Positions 51,682-64,000 of a stretch of DNA of 64,000 bases are shown here, piece by piece. This DNA comes from the human T2T-CHM13v2.0 reference genome, Homo sapiens: assembly GCF_009914755.1 (NCBI RefSeq), contig NC_060935.1; one strand, given 5' to 3'. The notes below the pieces were generated by a model. The model did no database searches, was not told the DNA's origin, and saw only the letters and a program-made list of their open reading frames with translations. Every line of letters begins with the position of its first letter. Position 1 is the stretch's first letter. The position numbers and the translations under genes are program-made.

Positions 51682-52415
51682 TAACTAACATTTGTGTCTT
51701 CTGTTACCATTTTTCAGGCCCATCCACATCTTTCATTTTGATCTTGTTTCACAACTCAATCAAGTGTTTTTCTAAATTCTCACTTTAGAGTTAATGACTG
51801 TGAGCATGAGATAGGAACTGTGTCTGGGCTTGTTATAGAAGAATAGTAAGTATATAAAATTCTGTAAAATCAACTTTATTGAGCTATAAGTTGCACACAA
51901 TAGAATGCACCTATTTTAAGTGTGCGGTTCAATGGGCTTTGGCTTTGACCAACATATATACCTGTGTAACCACCACCTTCATCACCACTTCCCTGGTCCT
52001 GGCTGATCATCAATGCTTTCTGTCACCATACATTAGTTTTTAGCCTTTTTGGAATTTCATGTAAATGTAAATCATACTTTGTGTAGCCATTTGTGTCTAG
52101 TTCCTTTTGCTCAGTGTAACATCTGTGAGATTTATCCATGTTTTGGTTATTGAGAATAAAGCTACTATGCACATTTAAGTACACATTTCTGTGGAGATAT
52201 ATGTTTTTATTTTTCTTGAGTAAATACCTAGGAGTGTGATTCTGGTTTGCATGGGTAAGGATATGTTTACATTTATAAGACAATGCCAAATTATTTCCAA
52301 AGTGGCTGTGCAATTCTGCATTTGCTCCAGGAATGTGTGAGAGCTCCAATTCCTTCTTGTCAACACTTGAAATTATCAGTCTTTTAAATTTAAACAATTC
52401 TAGTAGTGTCAGTGA

Positions 52416-52704
52416 TTTTTTTTTTTTTTTGAGACAAGTTATCGTCCTGTTGCCCTGGCTGGAGTGCAGTGGCACGACCATGGCAGCCTTGATCTCCTGG
52501 GCTCAAGCATTTCTCTCACCTCAGCCTCCAAGTTGATGACATTTCAGGCATGCACTAGCATGCCCAATTAATTTTTTCATTTTTTGTAGAGATGGGGTCT
52601 TGCTATGTTGCCCAGGCTTGTCTCAAACTCCTAGGCTCAAGTGATCCCCCCACCTTGGCCTCCCAAAGTGCTGAGATTACATGTATGAGCCACCATGCCC
52701 AGCC
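52416..52704 (-). mobile_element. AluJ
   Basis: Antisense J-type Alu. Confidence 0.9.
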
Positions 52705-53253
52705 TAGGGTTTTAATTTAAATGTGTATGATAACCAATGATATTAAACTTCTATGTATGCACTTACTGGCCATTTGTATATCTTCTTCTGTGAAATATCT
52801 TTGAACTTTTTACACATTTCTAAAAATCGGGTTGTCTTCAAATTGAGTCGTAAGGGTTCTTTACATTCTGTATACCACCAGTCTTTTAGCAGATAGATGC
52901 ATTGTAAATAATTTTTTTTTTCTGGCCTGTGGCTTGCTGTTTAATTTCCTTTTTAGCAGGGTCTTTTGAAAAGGAGAAATTTTAAATTTCCTCAAGGTTT
53001 AATTTATTGAAAATTTATTGGCTCATGATTTGGGCTTCCTAAGAAATCTTTGCTTACCACAGGGTTGTGAAGATTTTCTCCTGTTTCCGTCTAGAAGTTT
53101 TATAGTTTTAGTTTTTATGTTTAGGCCTATGATGTTTTTCAAATTCATTTTTGTGTACCATATGAGGAAATGGTCATTTCCATATATAGTTGTTTCAGTA
53201 CTTTACTGAATAGACTATCCTTTCCTCATTGGATTATTTTGGCAGTTTTGTAA

Positions 53254-53677
<424 letters not shown>

Positions 53678-54921
53678 TAAGTCTTCTCATTGAAATGTTA
53701 TATATATAACAAAATAAAAATTTGTTTTTATGTTATTTTAGGTTTTCCACATTTTCTCATCTTTTTCAAAGTTATTTTTGCTCTTCTAGGACTTTTCTGT
53801 CTCCATATAAATTTTAGAATCACCTTATAAATTTTTATTAAAAAATCTACTGGGCTTTTAATTGGGATTGCATTAAACCTCAGCTCAACTTGAGTAAAAC
53901 CAATATCTTAATGATATTGAGTTTTCCAATCCATGAACAGGGTATATCCCTCCATCTATTTAGGTCTTTAATTTCTCTCAGGAATGCTTTGAAGTTTTCA
54001 ATTTACAAGTATTGCACATATTTTATTAATTTTATCCCCAAAGTACTTCACATGCTTGATGAAAAATTTTTCATTTCCTAATTCATCCTTGCTAGATTAG
54101 GTATACAATTGATTTTTGTATATTGAACTTGTATCCAGCAACCTTGCCAAATTAACTTCTTAGCAAAACAGACTGGATGCTGTGTTTACCCCTGGGCACA
54201 GAGGGACACACACACAGCATCCCAGGCAGTGCTGCAGATGTAAGGTTGTTCCCAGATTTGTCCATAGAGTCATTCCATTTCATTGCCGTCAGAGACTAAC
54301 AAAGGTAAACCTTTATGCAGGGCCAGAGAGAGGCTTCTAAGGCATAACATTTAGGAAACTCTTGCTCTTAGCAAGGACAAGGTATCCTTAAAAAACCTCC
54401 TTAAATTTTGCATCTTGCTCCCATGTCATCATTATAAAACCCGAATGGAATTCCACTTGCTAAAAACTCCCTTTTTCATATGCATATTTAATGTTCACTC
54501 GAAAATCTAAATGCATCTACAGAAAGAAAACAAACAGAACTATTTCTGTTTAAAAGTAATTCTTTATTTTTAAATCTCCTGTGTGCCCACAGACATCCAG
54601 GGCACAAAATAAAGAGCATGCACGTGGCAGCTCCAGATCCCACAGGCACAGGGATGTGACACTGGATTTTCCAGAAATGCAGCTGCCACACAAACCAAGG
54701 GAGATGGCTCTTTGTTTTTTGGGGACTTCTCCAAGAATCGTTCACCATGGCAGAGCCTCACGGTGCTGAGAACAACACCACTGATGCTGGCTTCCATCCA
54801 TTGGCCTCTGCAGCTGTCCCTTGAAAACATGTGCCAGACAGTCCTGGAGAATTCTTTTAAGAGACTAGGAGCAAGTATTATCTAGTGTGTGTTAAATATA
54901 CACAGAAGAAACTTTGGTTTT

Positions 54922-55673
<752 letters not shown>

Positions 55674-55809
55674 TCATCAAAGTGTGCGCCCAATTCAAAT
55701 ACTCACCTTCCCCACTGCTACTGTTACCAGAAAGGGGTCCCGATCCAGATCCTAAGAGAGGGTTCTTGGACCTCACATGAGAAAAAAATTGAGGTAAGTC
55801 TGTAAAGTG

Positions 55810-56270
55810 TGTTTCACGTGTCCGTGTGAAGAGACCACCAAACAGGCTTTGTGTGAGCAACATGGCTGTTTATTTCACCTGGGTGCAGGCGGGCTGAGTC
55901 CAAAAAAGGAGTCAGCAAAGGGTGGTGGGATTATCATTAGCTCTTATAGGTTTTGGGATAGGTGGTGGAGTTAAGAGCAATGTTTTGGTGGTAGGGGGTG
56001 GATCTCACAAAGTACATTCTCAAGGGTGGGGAGAATTACAAAGAAACTTCTTAAGGGTGGGGGAGATTATAAAGAACCTTCTTAAGGGTGGGGGAGATTA
56101 CAAAGTATGTTGATCAGTTAGGGTGGAGCAGAAACAAATCACAATGGTGGAATGCCATCAGTTAAGGCTATTTTCACTTCTGTGGGTCTTCAGTTGCTTC
56201 AGGCCATCTGGATGTATAAGTGCAGGTCACTGGGGGTATGATGGCTTAGCTTAGGCTCAGAGGTCTGACA
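55810..56270 (-). mobile_element. LTR7B (HERV-H) solo LTR
   Basis: Minus strand reads tgtcagacctctgagcctaagctaagcc...ctcttcacacggacacgtgaaaca; type II repeats; perfect 5-bp TSD aagtg at 55805-55809 and 56271-56275. Confidence 0.93.
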
Positions 56271-56414
56271 AAGTGAAAGCAAGTTTATTAGGAAAGTAAA
56301 GGAATAAAAGAGTGGTTACTCCAGTGGCAGAACAGCGGTATGGGCTGCTCACTGATTACACTTATAGTTATTTCTTGATTATATGCTAAACAAGGGGTGG
56401 ATTGTTCATGAGTT

Positions 56415-56444
56415 TTCCAGGAAAGGGGTGGGCAATTCCTGGAA
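56415..56444. promoter_or_regulatory. Tandem GAS (STAT) motifs of MER41B
   Basis: TTCCAGGAA at 56415-56423 and TTCCTGGAA at 56436-56444; both fit TTCN3GAA. Confidence 0.7.
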
Positions 56445-56849
56445 CTGAGGGTTCCTCCCCTCTTCAGACCATAAAGAGTAACTCCTGAATGTTGCCATGG
56501 CATTTGTAAACGGTCATGGCGCTGGTGGAGTGTCTCTTAGCATGCTAATGTATTATAATTAGCATATAATGAGCAGTGAGGACAACCAGAGGTCACTCTG
56601 TCACCAACTTGGTTATGGTGGGATTTGGCTGAGTTCTTTGCCTCAAACTGTTTAATCAGCAAGGTCTTCGTGATCTGTATCTTGTGCCAACCTCCTATCT
56701 CATCCTGGGACTTAGAATACCAAACTTCCTGGGAATGCCGCCCAGTAGGTCTCAGTCTCATTTTACCCAGCCCCTACTCAAGATGGAGTTGCTCTGGTTT
56801 GAATGCCTCTGAGGTTACAATGCAGGAAGCATTTCTCTCAGACCTCCTC

Positions 56850-57400
56850 TCCCGCTCAGTATCAGTCTCTCCCCCTCTGCTACCTCAAAACAAAATATTA
56901 AAAACAAAACAAAACAAAAAATACTCCAGTCTTTCCCTTGACCACCCTTTCCAGCCACAACCCATTTCTCGGTTCCCTTTCAGTGCCAAACTCCTCAGCA
57001 GAGCCGTCCGCTCCTGCTGTCTCCATTCTATCACCTCACACCCACTTTTTAATCTAAGCAAAAGAATCTGAACATATAGAAGAGTGCAGAGAATTCACAG
57101 CCCAGATTTGACAACTGCAAACATTTTGCTGTATTTGATTGGGATTTGTGTGTTTCATCCTCCCCACCCTTTCCTCCCATGCTTCCTGCCTCTGAGCCCT
57201 ACCCCAGGCTGGGTCCCGTATTCCACACTCACCGCCTGGTTGAGGAATCCCAGTGGGGCGGCGCCTCCATCTGTCTGGGAGTTTGGCTGGTGGCCGCCTG
57301 CGCCTCGGGTAGGGAAGCTCCACGAGACAGAGATCTCGTCCATTCTCACCCCAAGCTCTCCCGCACCTCGTTAAGGCATCCAATAAATAGTTGTTGCACC
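56850..57400 (+). mobile_element. L2 fragments, with a short L1 piece
   Basis: cccatttctcggttccctttcagtgccaaactcctc; 3' end aggcatccaataaatagttgttg. Confidence 0.6.
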
Positions 57401-57823
57401 GAAGAATGGCCACCCACCAGCTGAACTCCCAGCCTGATCCCTGATTGCCAATAATAGGATCTTACATGTCAATTCAAGCCTAATTATTTCCCTTTTGATT
57501 ATTTTTTTGTCTTCTAGTTCTGATCATTTTTGTAATAAGGCACTCCCTGGTGGAAACATGGAAAGTACAGAGAGGTAAAAAGCGGAAGGGGAAAACTCAC
57601 TCATAGTCCCATCATCCAAAAACAGCCCAATCGCATGGCTCAAGGCAACACCTCTTTGTCTTACCTATTTTGACGTGGATGCAACAGGTAGAGAGTTTCA
57701 TTCACCGGAAACTCCACCATCGATCCTCATAAGAAAAGCAGAGAGAGAACTACGTGCTCCCTGGGGTCCCATGGGTGGCAATGAGGTCCTCAGTCCAGTT
57801 CCTGTGAAAAGATGTCTCGAGAG

Positions 57824-58117
57824 TTTTTTTTGAGACAGAGTGTCACTCTGGTGCCCAGGCTGGAGTGCGGCGGCACGATCTTGCCTCACTGCAACTCCCA
57901 CCTCCTGGGTTCAAGCAATTCTCATGCCTCAGCCTCCTGAGTAGCTCGGATTACAGGTGCCCACCACCAGGCCCAGCTAATCTTTTTTTTTCATTTTTAG
58001 TAGAGATGGGGTTTCGCCATGTTGGCCAGGTTGGTCTCAAATGCCAACCTCAGGTGATCTGCCCGCCTCGGTCTCCCAAAGTGCTGGGATTACAGGTGTG
58101 AGCCACGGTGCCTGGCT
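57824..58117 (-). mobile_element. AluS
   Basis: Full antisense Alu. Confidence 0.93.
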
Positions 58118-58471
58118 GAGTCATTTTTGGCTGCAGAAAGGTTTGGGGTTCCCCCTGGTTGGTGGGGGATATCAATGAGGGGAGAGGTGGAGAGATTTCA
58201 GCAACTTCTGTGCCTGGGAAACTTTGAGATGGGGAAGAGAAGCCTACACTGGATTTATGGGTAGCCTTCTAGGCAAAGCTCTCTGTGAATCATTGTGGCT
58301 TCTGGATTCCAGCTGCCATTTCCTTCAGTCCTACATCAAGCAGTGACTGGGCCACATGGAGCCCTGCGAGTGATGGGTTACAGTGACAGTCACACATGTA
58401 TATGTCTGAGGAAACTTCATTGTAGCCAACAGCTCCTGCTCAGGATTGAAAGAAATAGAGTATCAGAGGCA

Positions 58472-58590
58472 TATTAGAGTTTTCCAGAGAAACAGAACCC
58501 ATAGGCTACATAGAGACATAAGAGGAGATTTATTATGGGAATTGGTTCACGCAATTATGGAGGCTGAGAAGTCCACCATCTGCCACCTGC
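58472..58590 (-). mobile_element. MLT2 LTR fragment
   Basis: tccagagaaacagaacccatagg...gagatttattatgggaattgg...ggaggctgagaagtcc. Confidence 0.85.
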
Positions 58591-59169
58591 GGAGTGGCCT
58601 CTGGGGGCCAGGGCAGGATGGGGAGGGAAGGGAGGGAGTCAGAACCCCCTCCTGTACACACTTCCATGTTGATATTATTACATTTTGTTGTAATCATTCA
58701 TTTATGGGTTTGTGCCTCCCAATGACTTCCTGTTCCTCTAAGGGGACTATGTCTTATTGATCTTTGAGTTACCAGCTCCATGGACAGCACCAGCAGATGC
58801 ATAGAGCTCAACACATCTGTTGGCCGAATCCACCTCCCTTCACCCTGAGGCACCCTGCACAGGGTTTTCAGCACTGCGTGGATGCTCCTTCCCCACCTGG
58901 CTGACTCCTTGAGCACAGCTTTAGTCATGAGCCCCATGGGACCACCCCAAGTCTCTCTGTGGATGCACTTGGCCAGATCATGGGTTAAGCTCCTTTTTGG
59001 GGCTATGCCCACTGGGCCAGTACTCATAGTTCTCCTCCTGCCAGGAATGCCGTTAGTAGGTAGAGCTGGGCCACTGCCCCGCAAAATGGACACGTGGCTC
59101 TGCCTAAGGCAGCAAGGACCACCAGGATGGTGTGGGAGGAGGGGAGGAAAAGGACCTGGGGCTCTGAGG

Positions 59170-59318
59170 CAGGGCAGGCTTCATGGGTCTGTGCGGCCAC
59201 TTAAGAAGGGCCCAAGCTTGTTCCAATGCTTTCCAACCACCAACTTGATACTACTTCTGAATAAAAGGCCTGTGTTTTCATTTTGCACCGGAACCCACAC
59301 ATTTTGTAGCTGGTGCTG
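59170..59318 (+). mobile_element. MER53 (hAT)
   Basis: cagggcaggcttcatggg...ttttcattttgcacc...tgtagctggtgctg; 8-bp TSD ct(c/g)tgagg. Confidence 0.85.
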
Positions 59319-59926
59319 CTGTGAGGAATTAGCAGAGGAGGGTCCCAGAAGCAAGAAGGAACAATGGGCTGTTTAGAAGAAGCTCTGGGCCTCAGCCACC
59401 CTCAGAGAGCAGTGATGACCGGAGCTTGGGCAGGGGGTGGGTGAGTGGGGGGCAGGGACATGGCTGGCATGCTCTCTCTGCCCTGATCGGAGACCCACGA
59501 TTCTCCAAGGCATTGGGGACCAATATCCCTGGTCCACGAATGGCCACAGGCCCCAGTGGTGAACTTCGTTTTTTTCTCATTGGAGAGAAAATAGCAGAGT
59601 GAAGACCTGCGATTGAAGATCACCCCAATGTAGAAATATTTTTTTCAGAGAAAAGAAAAATCGAGTTCTCAGTGTTCCAGCATGGCTTTGCCAAGACTGA
59701 GAGGAGGCTGGGGCAGATTGAGCCCCATGAGACCACCCTCATGCCCCCACATCCAACAACTGCAAAATGTTCAGTGACCCAAACAGATGACAGCCAGTCA
59801 CAGGGTCACAGGGACCCGAGCTGCACAGACAGCTCATCCTCACCCTCATTATATGCAGATTCTGTATTTGCAAATTTGCCAACTTGCTTAAATGTATTTG
59901 TAAATCCAAAATCAGCACTCAGGGCC

Positions 59927-60229
<303 letters not shown>

Positions 60230-60641
60230 AGTCAGGGCCTTTTGAGTTCATTTATGGACAGGCCCAGTGGCCAAAAAAAAAAAAAAAAAAAAATGCTTTG
60301 AATGTATGTTCCCAGTTGAGGCTGAACAAGGAACTGCCATCTTGCTTCAGCTCTTATGTCATAAACACATTTTTTCGAAGTCTATTTGGTGCTATGGTTT
60401 TGCATTTTCATGTTTCTTCTAGGTGATTTTGTTTAAAATGGCCCTGGCTCCAGAATAGCACTAAAGTGCTATCTGTTGTTCTAAGCACAAGAACCTGCCC
60501 CATGGAGAAAACACATGTGTTAGATACACTTCGTGCAGGCATGAGATAATTAATCAGCAATAGACACAAAATGATGTATATTTAAACAGAAACACACATA
60601 AAGGAGAATTGTTTATTCATTGACTAATAAATGTGACCAGA

Positions 60642-60947
60642 GGCTGGGCATGGTGGCTCACGCCTGTAATCCTAGCACTTTGGGAGGCCGAGGTGGGTGA
60701 ATCACCTGAGGTCAGGAGTTCGAGACCAGCCTGGCCAACATGGCAAAACCCCGTCTTTACTAAACATACAAAAATTAGCCAGACGTGGTGGTGTGTACCT
60801 ATAATCCCAGCTACTTGGGACGGTGAGGCAGGAGAATCACTTGAACCTGGAGGGCAGAGGTTGCAGTGAGCCGAGATCGCACCACTTCACTCCAGCCTGG
60901 GCGAAAGAGCCAGACTTTGTCTAAAAAAAAAAAAAAAAAAAAAAAAA
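60642..60947 (+). mobile_element. AluSx-type
   Basis: Full Alu; TSD aaatgtgaccaga. Confidence 0.95.
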
Positions 60948-61597
60948 TGTGACCAGAGGCTCACAGGACCCTGACCCCAAGTTTCCCTAAAAGCAATAAT
61001 TCAGTATCCACTAGTTCTAGTTCAGTCTTTGAGGGGACCTTACAGAATATAATTATTGCCAATGATGAGTATCAGCTGTAATCCGAGAGGCCTAAGAAGT
61101 TTAGGAATGCATTTCGGGTTTCTTTGCCTTGTGGGTATATAGACTTAAATCACCACTTTTTTGATGAGAAATAGGCTTAGAGAGATTAAATGATGCTATG
61201 GACGAACATTTGTGCTCCTCCAAATTCATATGTCAAAGGCAGAATCTTTCTGATTCTAGAGCCAGGACATACTTTTCAAACATTTGCACCGAAGCATCCC
61301 CAACACGGAAGAGGGAAATACGGGTCCCTGGGGGTACAAAGGGGTGGAAAATGACCCTTCTGGGTGTAAAAGTCCTTGAAAGTCTCTGTTTGACCTTAAA
61401 AATTCCTGTAAATTATTCATTCCACTCTACAGATAGTATGCTTTTGTTTTACCATAAAATATTATATTAAATCACTAGTTGAATGGTGTAACTCCAACAG
61501 CTAGACACACTCACTCGGATGTCATATACACTCCTAGAAAGAAGGGGCTGCTGAGCCTAACTCATCCCTGTGTTCCCTGGGCCCAACAGAATAGAGA

Positions 61598-61817
61598 GTC
61601 CCACACAGACACGGGATGAAGAGGGTCAGACAGAGGCACGGGATGAAGAGGGTCCCACACAGGCACGAGATGAAGAGGGTCCCGCACAGACACGGGATGA
61701 AGAGGGTCCCGCACAGACACGGGAGGAAGAGGGTCCCGCACAGGCACGGGAGGAAGAGGGTCCCGCACAGGCACGGGAGGAAGAGGGTCCCAGCACAGGT
61801 ACAGGATGAAGAGGGTC
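61598..61817. repeat. 27-bp VNTR, about 8 copies
   Basis: Unit gtcccgcacag(a/g)cacggga(t/g)gaagagg. Confidence 0.95.
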
Positions 61818-62064
61818 ACTGCCAGAAGCCAGGGCGCTGCGAGAGACAATGTGACAAAATCATTTCCTTAGGCATGGTCCTCTGGACACTCCAGCTTGGG
61901 CCAGTTTTCCACACTCCCTGCGGGACACGCATGCGCCTCTATCCTGCTTGACCACGTGGGGGCGCCCCACACGCGCTGTACCCCGGTACCCGCACCTCTG
62001 CGCGTTTCACTCAGATGTGGCTTTGTTTCCCACGATGTCCGCATCGTCCTCTGTGTCAGCCATG

Positions 62065-62078
62065 GTTGCCATGGATAC
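62065..62078. promoter_or_regulatory. RFX X-box motif
   Basis: GTTGCCATGGATAC, a near-palindromic X-box in a CpG-rich patch. Confidence 0.5.
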
Positions 62079-63009
62079 CGTGGCTCCCAGCCAGAGGAGG
62101 GTCTCAGGGCTCAGAGGCTTTGTTGATGTTAGGCCATCAGTTCAAGAACAGGACCACGCAGTGGGGAGCTGTGTGCTGATGCGGAAGGACCCTGTGGATG
62201 TTACCGGGGAAGAATGAATGGAACTCCCTTCTGAGCAGCCTCAATGGAGACCAACCCAACACGCTCACCTTGTGTTCACCCCGTGCAGCAGGGACTGCCC
62301 CTGCCTCCCACGCAGGAGGGGCCAAACCCACTCACAGCAGGCCTGAGGCCCCCAGGTCTCGGGGTCACGGGGGAGTTCCTTGTTCCTCTGTCCCTCGTCC
62401 TTTCTGTCAGCTCGCCGTGGCGTGTTGATGCTGGCGTCGTGGTCCTTCGTCTTCCTTTGTGCTCACACTGACGGTTTCTGGACTTACGCATGTGGATGTC
62501 TGATAAGTGCATCCAGAGAGCCATGCCTTTTCATAAATGATGGTTGCTTCTCAGATTCACTGTGGCCAGGACACTGCGTTTTTGGAGACCACGTGCCGGC
62601 GGGCACACACCCTCCTGTTGCTCAGATGAACCAACCGGCCTCCATTCCTGTGCTTCCGCAAGTGGCCTGTTCCACACCTGCAGCCGTCTGTGTGCCAATC
62701 AGGGACTGCTGAACAACACCTGTGGCTCTGAGGGCGTCCTCTGAGGGATCTCACCCGAGTCCCACGGAATCTGATTCTGCAGCAGCCTCCCTTTCCCAGT
62801 GGCCACCCAGTCCCCACGCTGCCCACTGGGGCTCTTCTCGACCCCCATCATGGGCGTGTGGCTTGCCTGGCCGTGACAGCAGGCTGTAGTTTCCTGCACC
62901 CACTGCACCCTCTCTCTAGAACACTCTCCAGCTTGAGCAGCATCTTCAGGAAACGCCATCTGATCACAGCGCCCATCCGCGGCGCAGACCCACTCCTCCC
63001 TTCCATCAG

Positions 63010-63860
<851 letters not shown>

Positions 63861-64000
63861 AGTGTATCTTATTGTATATATTGACATTTCCCACTATACT
63901 TGTATATGTGTGTTTACACATATTGATTAATATGTGTATACATGTACACATACATAAATATATACACATACATATACGTGTGTGCATCTTTTTTTTTCCC

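Larger units (their letters stand above)
55722..56814 (-). mobile_element. MER41B solo LTR interrupted by LTR7B
   Basis: tgttaccagaaaggggtcccgatccaga...cattttacccagcccctactcaagatggagttgctctgg; TSD (c/t)tac. Confidence 0.9.

Noticed and set aside
54490-54880. Possible terminal exon with AATAAA on either strand
   Set aside because: Hexamers alone are insufficient; relevant only if the LTR7B transcript is confirmed.
61598-61817. Regular repeat array as a possible CRISPR
   Set aside because: Head-to-tail units without unique spacers, in eukaryotic DNA; it is a minisatellite.

Overview
Primate, almost certainly human, non-coding genomic DNA. It is dominated by interspersed repeats: about 43 Alu pieces, old L1/L2/MIR/CR1 fragments, MaLR/ERVL/ERV1 LTRs and MER DNA transposons. 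I found no intact protein-coding gene, RNA gene or CRISPR array; the supplied ORFs come from Alus, simple repeats, decayed ERVL or chance. Main structures: (1) a decayed but near full-length ERVL provirus (LTR16C-type LTRs, gag-pro-pol) at about 21.5-30.3 kb with many nested insertions; its 5' LTR carries a CTCF-like motif absent from its 3' LTR, and a consensus CTCF site lies 730 bp upstream. (2) A ~190-bp unique segment copied from 14.1-14.3 kb into an AluJ at 16.5-16.7 kb, with microhomology at both junctions. (3) A solo LTR7B (HERV-H) inserted into a MER41B LTR that keeps both tandem GAS sites, followed by a consensus splice donor; this is a candidate composite LTR promoter. (4) A 27-bp VNTR beside a CpG-rich patch with NRF1, E-box and RFX motifs. 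Repeat names come from recalled consensus sequences, not a database search, and boundaries of old elements are approximate. I cannot identify the locus and do not claim a demonstrated new biological system; the findings are testable hypotheses.
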